57,337 bases of DNA from a virus (taxonomy: Duplodnaviria > Caudoviricetes), in IMG/VR virus record IMGVR_UViG_3300042402_000779, positions 1 to 57,337 of that record; one strand, 5' to 3'. A program made the position numbers and the translations under genes. A model generated the notes under the pieces. That model worked only from the letters and a program-made list of their open reading frames with translations. It made no database searches and was not told where the DNA came from. Every line of letters begins with the position of its first letter. Position 1 is the first letter of the stretch. Shown in pieces: positions 1-9,060 of the stretch.

Positions 1-2
1 TT

Positions 3-245
3 GACAATGTAAGTCTTGATAACTTTGCACATAACAGTTATTACACTTCTATGAGAGAATTCATTAATGAGTTACATAAGGAAGATGGTAGGGATACATT
101 TATGACATACATTAAAACAAGGAGTGGTGTACACATCATCACACAACCATTCAATACAATGAGATTCAAGGAAAGATATCCTGATGTTGATATTCAAAAG
201 AAAAATCCAACATTGCTTTATTTACCAAATAGTTTAGATATATGA
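3..245 (+). CDS. hypothetical protein, 5'-truncated by the window edge
   Basis: The frame of the 51..245 ORF is open back to position 3; its stop overlaps the next ATG (ATGA at 242-245). Confidence 0.6.
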   Translation, partial: DNVSLDNFAHNSYYTSMREFINELHKEDGRDTFMTYIKTRSGVHIITQPFNTMRFKERYPDVDIQKKNPTLLYLPNSLDI

Positions 246-892
246 AATTAGTTTTAGAAAAGGGTCAACGATTGTGGTTTACATCAGATACCCATTATTC
301 ACACGCAAACATTTGTTCAGCTACTACGACTTGGAAAGATGCTGATGATACGTCACGTCATTTCGATTCGATTGAAGACATGAATAACACCATCGTAAAC
401 AACATTAATGAAGTGGTTGGTGAGAATGATATTTTAATTCACTTGGGTGACTGGTCATTTGGTGGGTTTGATAAAATAGAAGAATTTAGAAATCAAATCA
501 ATTGTAAGAATATACACTTGGTATTAGGTAACCACGACCACCACATTCGTAAAAATAAAGAAAACATTCAGAGGTTATTTAATTCCATTCACGATTACTT
601 ATACCTTGACCTACGAATTCCAAATGGTAAATTCGTTGATAAGTTTTCATTTGTATGTATGCACTATCCAATTGCAAGTTGGGACAATATGAATGCTGGC
701 GTTATACATTTACATGGTCATTGCCACTTATATCTTGAACATCGTATTGCAGAAGGTAGGGCTATGGATGTCGGTATGGATGGTAACGGATTGTATCCAA
801 TTGGATTATCTGAAATCTTATCACTATTAAGTGACCGACCTATCAAGAAATTATGTTTACCTAAAGACCACCACGAAAAAAGACTATTATGA
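242..892 (+). CDS. calcineurin-like metallophosphoesterase
   Basis: Motifs FTSDTH, HLGDW, GNHD, MHYP and HGHCH in canonical order. Confidence 0.9.
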   Translation: MKLVLEKGQRLWFTSDTHYSHANICSATTTWKDADDTSRHFDSIEDMNNTIVNNINEVVGENDILIHLGDWSFGGFDKIEEFRNQINCKNIHLVLGNHDHHIRKNKENIQRLFNSIHDYLYLDLRIPNGKFVDKFSFVCMHYPIASWDNMNAGVIHLHGHCHLYLEHRIAEGRAMDVGMDGNGLYPIGLSEILSLLSDRPIKKLCLPKDHHEKRLL

Positions 893-1290
893 AAGAATTA
901 TTTTTATTAAGAGGAGTACCCGGTTCGGGAAAGTCAACGCTTGCTAAATCGTTGGGCGGTATTCACATGGAAGCCGACCAATACTTTATGGAAAATGGTG
1001 AGTACAAGTTTGACGCATCTAAAATTAAAAGTGCTCACGAGTATTGTCAAACACAAACACGAGCATGGATGTCTACTGATGGTACACAAGTGAACGTTGA
1101 CCGAATTGTTGTTTCGAATACATTTACCCAAGAGTGGGAGATGGAATATTACTTCAATTTGGCTAAAGAATTCGGCTATCGTGTTTATTCAATAATTGTT
1201 GAGAATAGACATGGTGGGATTAATGAACACGGATGTCCAGCGGATAAAGTAAAACAAATGTCAGACCGATTTGAAATTAAATTATGTTAG
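889..1290 (+). CDS. P-loop polynucleotide-kinase-like protein (AAA_33-like)
   Basis: Walker A GVPGSGKST at the N-terminus, then EADQYF and VVSNTF; coupled to both neighbours. Confidence 0.8.
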   Translation: MKELFLLRGVPGSGKSTLAKSLGGIHMEADQYFMENGEYKFDASKIKSAHEYCQTQTRAWMSTDGTQVNVDRIVVSNTFTQEWEMEYYFNLAKEFGYRVYSIIVENRHGGINEHGCPADKVKQMSDRFEIKLC

Positions 1291-2315
1291 AGTTATTAAA
1301 CAAATATCATAACGATGGTTTGTTGTACAAACAAACACATCCGACACTTCCTTTGACTATATGGAACTATACCGAGAAGGTACAATACGAAGGTTTGTGG
1401 GATGAGGTTACTTTGATGTGTCGTGGGTTGGTGACCGATTCTGAAGGTACTATTATAGCTAGACCTTTTAGGAAATTCTTTAATATGGAAGAGGGTAAAC
1501 ACGCTCCAACTTCTGAATTTGAAGTATATGAAAAAATGGATGGGTCGTTGGGTATATTCTTTTACTATGAAGGTAATCCCGTATTTGCTACCCGTGGGTC
1601 GTTTACTTCAGACCAAGCGATTAAGGGTAGAGAAATCCTAAATAAATACAATTGGCAGTACGGAACATATGAGGGTTACACTTACTTGTTCGAAATTATA
1701 TACCCTGAAAACCGAGTTGTAGTAAATTACAATGGGTTAGAAGAACTGATTGTTTTGGGTGTGATTGAAACCTCTACCGGTAAGGAATGTAAATATTCAG
1801 AAATGGAGAATGAGGGATTTGTACTCGTTAAAAAATACGATGGTATTAAAAATTACTCAACACTAAAGTCACTCATATCAAATGATGCTGAAGGATTTGT
1901 AGTTCGTTTCTCCAATGGAGACCGAATGAAAATTAAAGGTGAAGAGTATCTTCGTCTCCATAAGATTATGACCAATCTATCTACTACAGCAATATGGGAG
2001 TTGGTTTCGAGTGGTGGTAATATTGACAACATCCTTAAAGATGTTCCCGATGAGTTCTACAAGAAAGTTAAAATGTATGTAAGTAGCTTAAATTACGGAT
2101 ACTACCAATACTGGAATCAATTGGGTAAAACATATGATTACTTCAGATTTGGTAAGTATGGTGATATAGAAGTAGAACCAACCAAGAAAGAATTCGCAGA
2201 ACACATCAAAGACCATCACCCAATAGCTAAATCAATAATGTTTGCTATGTGGGATGATAAAGACTATGATAAGATAATTTGGAAAGCTTTAAAACCAAAA
2301 TTTGAAAAACTTTAA
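1284..2315 (+). CDS. RNA ligase, T4 Rnl1-like
   Basis: CRGLV, RPFRKFFN, motif I EKMDGS, FEII, motif IV EGFVV, motif V MKIK. Confidence 0.88.
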   Translation: MLELLNKYHNDGLLYKQTHPTLPLTIWNYTEKVQYEGLWDEVTLMCRGLVTDSEGTIIARPFRKFFNMEEGKHAPTSEFEVYEKMDGSLGIFFYYEGNPVFATRGSFTSDQAIKGREILNKYNWQYGTYEGYTYLFEIIYPENRVVVNYNGLEELIVLGVIETSTGKECKYSEMENEGFVLVKKYDGIKNYSTLKSLISNDAEGFVVRFSNGDRMKIKGEEYLRLHKIMTNLSTTAIWELVSSGGNIDNILKDVPDEFYKKVKMYVSSLNYGYYQYWNQLGKTYDYFRFGKYGDIEVEPTKKEFAEHIKDHHPIAKSIMFAMWDDKDYDKIIWKALKPKFEKL

Positions 2316-2324
2316 AATAAAATG

Positions 2325-2354
2325 AAAAAGGGCTTGTATAAGTCCTTTTTTTTT
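2325..2354 (+). terminator. intrinsic terminator after the RNA-repair operon
   Basis: AAAAAGGGCTT-GTAT-AAGTCCTTTTT hairpin (one G:U) followed by a T-run. Confidence 0.75.
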
Positions 2355-2364
2355 ATTACATTTG
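2334..2364 (+). promoter_or_regulatory. Bacteroidota-type housekeeping promoter upstream of uvsE
   Basis: TTG (2334-2336), 20-nt spacer, TACATTTG (2357-2364), matching the -33/-7 consensus TTTG...TAnnTTTG. Confidence 0.65.
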
Positions 2365-2380
2365 TATATAACTAAAAGAT

Positions 2381-3286
2381 ATGACACAATTAGGTTACTG
2401 CTGTATTAACATGACCCTTGGTAAGAACAAGATTACTACCAACCGGTCTATGATACGAAAAACATTTCTTGCCGAAGGTATTAGTAGGTCATCTGACCTT
2501 GCTCTACAAAACGCAAAAGACTTGGTAGAGATTATCAAGTGGAATCATACTAACGGATTTGGATTATTCCGTATGACCTCTGACCTTGTTCCATGGGCTA
2601 GTGAGTTTGAGCTCAATCAGATGCCAGACTATCAAAAGTTTTCCAATGTACTCAAGGGTGCAGGTACTTTGGCTAAATCATATGGCCAACGTATTACATC
2701 ACATCCTGGCCCATTCAACGTGTTGGTATCACCTAACGAGAAAGTTGTTGAGAACACCATCAAAGACCTTTCTCTACACGGAGAGCACTTTGACCTTATG
2801 GGATTAGAGAGAACTCCGTACAACCTAATTAACATACATTGTAATGGTGTGTATGGTGACAAGCAATCTGCTATGGATAGGTTTTGTAAAAACTTCGAAC
2901 GTCTGCCAGAATCAGTTCAGACTCGACTGACTGTTGAGAACGATGATAAGGCTAGTATGTATTCAGTCAAAGACCTTATGTACATCCACGAACGTATTGG
3001 TATTCCGATTGTCTTCGATTATCACCACCACACGTTTAATACAGGTGGACTGACTGAACAAGAAGCTCTCGAACTTGCTATGTCCACATGGGGTAACATC
3101 AAACCACTTGTTCATTATTCAGAGTCCAAGACCTTGGAAGACCCTACTGCTAAGCCACAAGCACACTCTGACTACATCTATTCAGAAATCAATACATATG
3201 GTCATAACCTTGACATTGACATTGAGGCTAAGATGAAAGAGCTGACTGTTTTAGATTATTTGTCTAAATTTGGTAAACACTCATAA
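2381..3286 (+). CDS. uvsE: UV-damage endonuclease UvsE/UvdE
   Basis: LGYCCIN, FRMTSDLVP, HPGPF, NIHC, ENDD, FDYHHH, HYSES, AHSDY, IEAK: the UVDE TIM-barrel motif set. Confidence 0.92.
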   Translation: MTQLGYCCINMTLGKNKITTNRSMIRKTFLAEGISRSSDLALQNAKDLVEIIKWNHTNGFGLFRMTSDLVPWASEFELNQMPDYQKFSNVLKGAGTLAKSYGQRITSHPGPFNVLVSPNEKVVENTIKDLSLHGEHFDLMGLERTPYNLINIHCNGVYGDKQSAMDRFCKNFERLPESVQTRLTVENDDKASMYSVKDLMYIHERIGIPIVFDYHHHTFNTGGLTEQEALELAMSTWGNIKPLVHYSESKTLEDPTAKPQAHSDYIYSEINTYGHNLDIDIEAKMKELTVLDYLSKFGKHS

Positions 3287-3339
3287 GGGCATAGTATGGG
3301 GAATGCTTGATAATATATCATTATTAACAATCTGCTTGA

Positions 3340-3346
3340 TATTTAT
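3340..3346 (+). promoter_or_regulatory. candidate late promoter TATTTAT
   Basis: Intergenic copy of the recurrent motif, about 110 nt upstream of ORF 3456. Confidence 0.4.
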
Positions 3347-3455
3347 GTTAGTCACAAGCAGCTTGTTTGCTTAAGCGTTAAGCGGTTATCATCAACTTGA
3401 TTGTGATAATAAGTACAGATTGGAAAGTTAATAAAATCAGGTTTTAGAAAAAATA

Positions 3456-4562
3456 ATGAAAAAGTTTTTAACAAGGGAAAATGGCTTTATCGTATTGATG
3501 GTTATCAGTACGTTTGCACTCGCCGGTTCAGCGGCTTATTATTCGGTATTTGGATTGAGTTCGCTCTTCGCAGGTGCTCGTACTGAAGTTATAATCATGG
3601 CTGGGGCTTTGGAGTTCTCTAAACTTATCCTTGCATCATACCTACATAATCATTGGAATAAAGCCGGTTGGATGAAATGGTATCTAACTCTCGCAGTCGG
3701 GGTTCTTATGTTAATCACATCGGCAGGTATCTATGGATTCTTAACATCAGCATATCAATCAACCGCTGATAAGTTAGGTGCTACTGACAAGTTAGTTAGT
3801 GTGGTCGAATTAAAGAAGGGTAGATTTCAAGAACAATTAACATACTACAATGATGAAAAAACTAAACTAAACGAATCAATCAATTCACTTCGTGGCGGTC
3901 TTGCTAACAATACTCAAAGTCGAGTTGATTCTCGTGGTAATGTAATAACAAGTACATCATCAGCTCAACGTAAATCATTAGAATCACAATTAACCACAGC
4001 CGTAGAACAACGAGAATCTATATCAAAAAAAATAGAAGTGTTATCAGACTCCGTTACAAGTTTGGAGTTAGAAATATTAGACCTACAAACCAATAACGAA
4101 GTAGCTGCTGAAGTAGGGCCGCTTCGCTATATGTCTGAAATAACAGGCAAACCAATGAATACCATAGTCAACTGGTTTACACTTTTGATTGTGTTTGTAT
4201 TTGACCCATTAGCCATATCGATGGTTATAGCTCTAAATAAATTAACTAAAAAGGAATCGCAAGATGACAAACTCAATATTGATGTTGATAACAATCATAC
4301 TAACGTTGTTGATAATGGGATTTCTACTATCAATACCATTGATGAAGAAGTACCACAGCCAGAAATTACAAATTCAGAACCAATCGATACAAACGGAGAA
4401 GATGCTCCGATTGAAGTTGAACAACCTAAAGTCGAAGTTAAAAAAGAAAAAGAAGAGGTAGTCTTCATACCCACGGATGATGATATTGCAAAAGAATTAT
4501 ATGGTGAGATTGACAAAGGTTTACCAAAAAAACAAACTGTACACAGATATAAACGAAAATAA
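3456..4562 (+). CDS. membrane protein with long coiled coil
   Basis: Three N-terminal hydrophobic segments, an ~130-aa heptad region, a fourth TM (WFTLLIVFVFDPLAI) and an acidic tail. Confidence 0.7.
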   Translation: MKKFLTRENGFIVLMVISTFALAGSAAYYSVFGLSSLFAGARTEVIIMAGALEFSKLILASYLHNHWNKAGWMKWYLTLAVGVLMLITSAGIYGFLTSAYQSTADKLGATDKLVSVVELKKGRFQEQLTYYNDEKTKLNESINSLRGGLANNTQSRVDSRGNVITSTSSAQRKSLESQLTTAVEQRESISKKIEVLSDSVTSLELEILDLQTNNEVAAEVGPLRYMSEITGKPMNTIVNWFTLLIVFVFDPLAISMVIALNKLTKKESQDDKLNIDVDNNHTNVVDNGISTINTIDEEVPQPEITNSEPIDTNGEDAPIEVEQPKVEVKKEKEEVVFIPTDDDIAKELYGEIDKGLPKKQTVHRYKRK

Positions 4563-4594
4563 TTTGGAAAACTGAAATATTTTTCGTATATTTG
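4563..4594 (+). promoter_or_regulatory. Bacteroidota-type housekeeping promoter upstream of clpP
   Basis: TTTG (4563-4566), 20-nt spacer, TATATTTG (4587-4594). Confidence 0.75.
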
Positions 4595-4628
4595 AATCAA
4601 TATAAAACAAAAAATAAAAGAAAACGAT

Positions 4629-5264
4629 ATGGATGAATTGTATGTAACTACCACCGGAGACACGACTAATATTAGATATGAAGATACCGATTCGGTTGGT
4701 AGAGATTCGGATAACCAACGTAAGTATTTCCGTGAGTTTGATTACGGAATTGATTTTACCGATAATGTTATACTCATCCAAGATGAGATTGTACATGGTT
4801 TAACTTTTGATATTATCTCTAAAGTTAGATTGATTCGCAAAATCAATCCAAATGCTGATACGATAAATGTCATGTTAAATTCACCAGGTGGTGATGTTGT
4901 AGAAACTCTTGCTTTGATTGATTACATTCATACTATGAAATCTCAAGGTATTACATTTAATATTATTTGTCGAGGTATGGCAATGTCAGCTGCTGCTTTA
5001 TTACTCGCTTCTGGTACGGGCGTTCGTAGTGCAAGTAAACACTCAAAAATTATGGTACACCAATTGTCTACATTTGCTATTGGTAAATTGAGTGATGTTA
5101 AATCAAACGCAAAATTCTCCGAACAACTTGAGGATGAATGTAATGAACTCATGAGTCAATTCACCAAAAAGGATAAAACGTATTGGGAAGAGAATCAAAA
5201 GTCAGATTATTTTTTAAATGCTCAACAAGCATTGGATTTAGGAATTATTGACCAAATTATTTAA
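4629..5264 (+). CDS. clpP: ClpP-family protease
   Basis: LNSPGGDV, GMAMSAAA (catalytic Ser), IMVHQ (His), DYFL (Asp), LGIIDQI. Confidence 0.9.
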   Translation: MDELYVTTTGDTTNIRYEDTDSVGRDSDNQRKYFREFDYGIDFTDNVILIQDEIVHGLTFDIISKVRLIRKINPNADTINVMLNSPGGDVVETLALIDYIHTMKSQGITFNIICRGMAMSAAALLLASGTGVRSASKHSKIMVHQLSTFAIGKLSDVKSNAKFSEQLEDECNELMSQFTKKDKTYWEENQKSDYFLNAQQALDLGIIDQII

Positions 5265-5267
5265 TAT

Positions 5268-6050
5268 ATGATTAACTATTTTAGCGCAGAAGAATTGGTA
5301 TCGAACTACGAAAAATTCCGTTCTGTCATCAACAAAACATTCACTGGAGAAAGACTTGATGCTCTAAACAAAATGTACGACCACTTTGAGGAACGTATGA
5401 TTTACACCCCAGCATCATCTACTGAACATTTTCACAATGCTTTTCCAGGCGGCTACGTTGACCACGTTCTTCGTGTTACCAAGAACGCTCTGAAGATTTA
5501 TGACCTATACACGGAACTTGGAATGGGTCAGGGTGATTACACTCGTGAGAATGTTATATTTACAGCACTACATCACGACCTTGGTAAACTTGGTACTCCT
5601 GAAGAGGATTTGTACATCAAGAATGATTCTGAATGGCACGTAAAAAATCAAGGTAAGATTTACAAATATAATTCAAACATTCATTGGATGAATCTAACCG
5701 ATAGGACTTTTTACTTGTTGAATTATTTTGGAATTAAATGTACTCAAGAAGAGTGGATTGGTATTAAACTTACCGATGGTCTATATGATGAAAATAACAA
5801 AGAGTATTTTATCAAGTTTGATAAAGACCTTGCATTAAAAACTTCATTACCATTTGTAATGCATACTGCTGATTTATTCGCTGCTCGATTTGAAAACGAA
5901 CGATGGTTAAATGAAATGTCAGCTGAAAAGTCAACTCGTAATCCAAATGGTAGACCATCCGCAAAACCAAAACTTGCTGAAACCTTTACAAATGGTGGGT
6001 TTGGTACTACTGATGTGTTTGATGCGTTTAAAGATTTAATCGAAGACTAA
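5268..6050 (+). CDS. HD-domain phosphohydrolase (YhaM-like HD domain)
   Basis: PAS...HNAFPGGYVDHV, ALHHDLGK, HTAD. Confidence 0.8.
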   Translation: MINYFSAEELVSNYEKFRSVINKTFTGERLDALNKMYDHFEERMIYTPASSTEHFHNAFPGGYVDHVLRVTKNALKIYDLYTELGMGQGDYTRENVIFTALHHDLGKLGTPEEDLYIKNDSEWHVKNQGKIYKYNSNIHWMNLTDRTFYLLNYFGIKCTQEEWIGIKLTDGLYDENNKEYFIKFDKDLALKTSLPFVMHTADLFAARFENERWLNEMSAEKSTRNPNGRPSAKPKLAETFTNGGFGTTDVFDAFKDLIED

Positions 6051-6051
6051 T

Positions 6052-6360
6052 ATGATTATTACTATTTTATTATTACTCGTTGTGTGTGTTTTATTATACT
6101 CAACATACAACCTATTAAACAAATATGAAGCCCTTGAAGCTGAATACGACATTTTGTATGCTGAATATGAAATGTCCGAAACTCAATTATCAAATATGGC
6201 AGGACACATTGATAATGCTATTGCTCGTATGAAAGAGATTGACAAAATTGGGTCGTTTGAAGCTGATGATGAGACCGGTTTTATTTTTAAGGAGATGTAT
6301 CAAATTGTAGAAGATTTAGAAGAATATTATGGCGAGACGAGCGGGCAAACCGAAGAGTAA
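6052..6360 (+). CDS. small membrane-anchored coiled-coil protein
   Basis: N-terminal hydrophobic helix followed by an acidic coiled coil. Confidence 0.6.
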   Translation: MIITILLLLVVCVLLYSTYNLLNKYEALEAEYDILYAEYEMSETQLSNMAGHIDNAIARMKEIDKIGSFEADDETGFIFKEMYQIVEDLEEYYGETSGQTEE

Positions 6361-7054
6361 AAGGTATTTTACATCAATCACCGAAATGGCCATAAATGCT
6401 TATAATAAGTGTGATGACCAACGGTTGAAAAATAAAATCTATAATAGGTTTATACACTACCCATTTGATAAGTTAGTTGAGAATGTAATTCACACATATA
6501 AAACTTATTATTTTGATGTACCTTATGAGGATGTTAAACAAAACGTAGTTGCATTCCTAAACGAAAAGATTCATAAGTTTAAGGGTGAAAATGGTAGAGC
6601 GTTTTCTTACTTTACGGTTATCGCAAGAAACTATCTTTTTAATGAGAACAATCAGAACTACGCTCAGTTCAAAGCTCGTGAAGACGTTGACTCAATTGAC
6701 ACATCACGAAACATTGTGAATGAAGTTTGGGAAACACAACATTCAGAAATGCAGTCTGACTTTATGGACTATTATGTCAGATACATGGACCATAACATTT
6801 ACAGCTTATTTGAAAAAGACCGAGATAGGAAAATTGCAGATGCTCTTACTGAATTATTCAGAACTCGAAAAAACCTATACTCATATAATAAAAAGGCTCT
6901 TTATATACTTATAAGAGAACGAACCGGTGTACAAACTCAATATATCACAAAGGTAGTTGGTAAGATGAAATCCATATATGTAATACTATATACCGACTAT
7001 AGCCGTGGTGATAATATTAGTATAACACACCGAATTGGAGAATTTAATGGATAG
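6329..7054 (+). CDS. putative late-transcription sigma factor (T4 gp55-like)
   Basis: RAFSYFTVIARNY resembles the sigma region-2 'FAYFT' motif of gp55-like proteins; size and position before the structural genes fit. Confidence 0.65.
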   Translation: MARRAGKPKSKRYFTSITEMAINAYNKCDDQRLKNKIYNRFIHYPFDKLVENVIHTYKTYYFDVPYEDVKQNVVAFLNEKIHKFKGENGRAFSYFTVIARNYLFNENNQNYAQFKAREDVDSIDTSRNIVNEVWETQHSEMQSDFMDYYVRYMDHNIYSLFEKDRDRKIADALTELFRTRKNLYSYNKKALYILIRERTGVQTQYITKVVGKMKSIYVILYTDYSRGDNISITHRIGEFNG

Positions 7055-7412
7055 ACACGAAGAAATATTTAAAGGTAAAACGTTTTCTGATTTAATGAAA
7101 GATGTTTATGAGAATCAGAAAAAGAAAGACCGACAAATAAAATTATTGATAGCACAACTTGAGCCGCTCGTTAGGAATCTTAACGATGCGGCTGTTGTCG
7201 TTCCACTCATTAAGGAATATCTCGATGTATCAGTTAAGAATGACGATGCTCTTATAAAGTTAGCCGCTATCGTACAACGTATGATGAAAGACAGCGCTGT
7301 TGCTGAAACTGGTGGATTTATATTATCTGATGAAGAGAAAAAGCAGTTAATGGCTGCTATGGATGAAGTTGAAAAAGACTTACCTAAACAATCAGACGAG
7401 GATGATGAATGA
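7047..7412 (+). CDS. hypothetical helical protein
   Basis: The ORF track starts at TTG 7035; the in-frame ATG at 7047 is preceded by GGAG (7037-7040) and is the likelier start. Confidence 0.6.
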   Translation: MDRHEEIFKGKTFSDLMKDVYENQKKKDRQIKLLIAQLEPLVRNLNDAAVVVPLIKEYLDVSVKNDDALIKLAAIVQRMMKDSAVAETGGFILSDEEKKQLMAAMDEVEKDLPKQSDEDDE

Positions 7413-8374
7413 AATTAGGTACAGTACAAAAAATAAACCTAAACGATAAAGACCCGAATTTAGTAAATTCAATTACAGTATCAAGTAATTCAGGTGGAGT
7501 TGGTAGTAACATAGAGTGCTATCCGCTATCTATGAATTTTAGACAAATTCCTGTAATCGGTGAACAAGTATACATAGTTGTAGGTTCAGACGCAGCATCA
7601 TCAGCTGTTGCTAGAAAAGCCAAAAACTATTATCTATCTCCCGTATCTTTACAATTCAATGTTAATCATAATTCATTACCCAAATTAAATTACCTACAAC
7701 CTGGTACATCTGCTGGGGCAGCTATAGTACAATCTTCAGCTGGTATTCCTGCTAGAGCATCAACCGACTCTTCAGTTAACTTTGGTAATGGATTCGTTGA
7801 ATCTCCAAACGTATCTCAACTCCAAGGGTTTCTTGGTGATGTTATTTTAGAAGGTCGATTTGGTCAATCTATAAGATTTGGGTACACTCCAAGGAATGTA
7901 AAAAAAACTGACATATTGGTAGATGGTGCTACCATTGAACCAACGTGGACATCGACAACTCCTGAATCACCAATTACAATATTTAGAAATGGAGCTGGTA
8001 TCAGTCGTGGATATAATAAGTTTGTAGTAGAAGATATCAACAAAGACGATACTTCGATATGGATGACATCTGCTCAAACAGTACCTCTTAAAACTCAAAC
8101 GTTACCAATAACGACAACTCCTATTTCTTTTTACAATAAACCACAATTGTTAATTAACTCTGGTCAAGTTGTTATAAACTCCAAAACTGATAGTGTAATT
8201 TTATCATCTAATAAAGATATAGTTTTAGCTACGCCTGCTAATGCTACAACAATAGATAAAATAATTGAAGCAATAGAAATATTGGCTCAAGGATTATATC
8301 CGACAGCAGTAGGTCCGACAGGCCCACATCCAAGGATTGCCGAAATACTTTTAAAAATAAAACAAGGTTTATAA
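7409..8374 (+). CDS. putative baseplate hub/spike protein (gp5/gpV-like)
   Basis: OB-fold-like N-terminus (PVIGEQVYIV), GDVILEGRFGQSIRF, beta-rich C-terminal part; lies upstream of the gp25/gp6-like genes. Confidence 0.55.
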   Translation: MKLGTVQKINLNDKDPNLVNSITVSSNSGGVGSNIECYPLSMNFRQIPVIGEQVYIVVGSDAASSAVARKAKNYYLSPVSLQFNVNHNSLPKLNYLQPGTSAGAAIVQSSAGIPARASTDSSVNFGNGFVESPNVSQLQGFLGDVILEGRFGQSIRFGYTPRNVKKTDILVDGATIEPTWTSTTPESPITIFRNGAGISRGYNKFVVEDINKDDTSIWMTSAQTVPLKTQTLPITTTPISFYNKPQLLINSGQVVINSKTDSVILSSNKDIVLATPANATTIDKIIEAIEILAQGLYPTAVGPTGPHPRIAEILLKIKQGL

Positions 8375-8375
8375 T

Positions 8376-8561
8376 ATGGCTCTTAATAAAACAGAACTCA
8401 AAAATGAAATAGCTACAAAACTTGAAGAGTTGAGAAAAAGACCTGGTGGTGGTTCTACTGAAGACTTTGCTAGGATTATAAGTGATGCGATTGATACTTA
8501 TATTAAAAAAGCTCGTATCAATAATAAAAATGGTGATGATACCGAAAACAAAATAAACTAA
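8376..8561 (+). CDS. small hypothetical protein in baseplate cluster
   Basis: 61-aa ORF that fills the gap exactly; AAGG upstream. Confidence 0.6.
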   Translation: MALNKTELKNEIATKLEELRKRPGGGSTEDFARIISDAIDTYIKKARINNKNGDDTENKIN

Positions 8562-8569
8562 AGTAAAGA

Positions 8570-8576
8570 TATTTAT
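8570..8576 (+). promoter_or_regulatory. candidate late promoter TATTTAT (possibly leaderless transcript)
   Basis: AGATATTTATTACTATG; the ATG lies 4 nt after the motif. Confidence 0.55.
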
Positions 8577-8580
8577 TACT

Positions 8581-9060
8581 ATGGACACAAATAAACTATT
8601 TAAAGCGATTCAAATAATCGTTAAAGAGGAAGTAAAAAAGGAGATGGCTAAACGTGAAAAAGCTATCCGTGAATCCATTATTAACGAAATTAAATCCAAG
8701 CCGGTTAAAAAATCAATATTAGAAAAAGACCCGCTGGATGTTGAACATATATTTGAATCAACTCCAAAGAAAAAATCAAATGTATCATTTGGTGGTAAGT
8801 TCTCTGAACTTTTAAATGAGACCGCTGATAGTGGTGAATGGCGTAGTATTAATTCCATGGGTGGTGGTCGAGTATTTACTTCGAATATGGCACAAGGATT
8901 TGGTTCGGTTCAAAGCGGAGTATTAGAAAGTGCTGACGGTAAATCCGTATCAGTAGAACAACTTCAACAAACTGAAGCTGGTGCTGCTGTTGTTGACGCT
9001 CTTACAAAAGATTATTCAGCTTTGATGAAAGCCATTGATGCCAAGAAGAAAGGTATGTAA
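8581..9060 (+). CDS. hypothetical protein
   Basis: 159-aa ORF with several I/L/V-x-E motifs (IVKEE, IINE, LLNE). Confidence 0.65.
   Translation: MDTNKLFKAIQIIVKEEVKKEMAKREKAIRESIINEIKSKPVKKSILEKDPLDVEHIFESTPKKKSNVSFGGKFSELLNETADSGEWRSINSMGGGRVFTSNMAQGFGSVQSGVLESADGKSVSVEQLQQTEAGAAVVDALTKDYSALMKAIDAKKKGM

Noticed and set aside
4629-5264. ClpP as the head maturation protease
   Set aside because: A clear gp21-type protease lies in the head cluster at 44405-45043.
7047-7412. Terminase small subunit call for this helical ORF
   Set aside because: The size fits but there is no diagnostic motif and it is far from terL; left as hypothetical.
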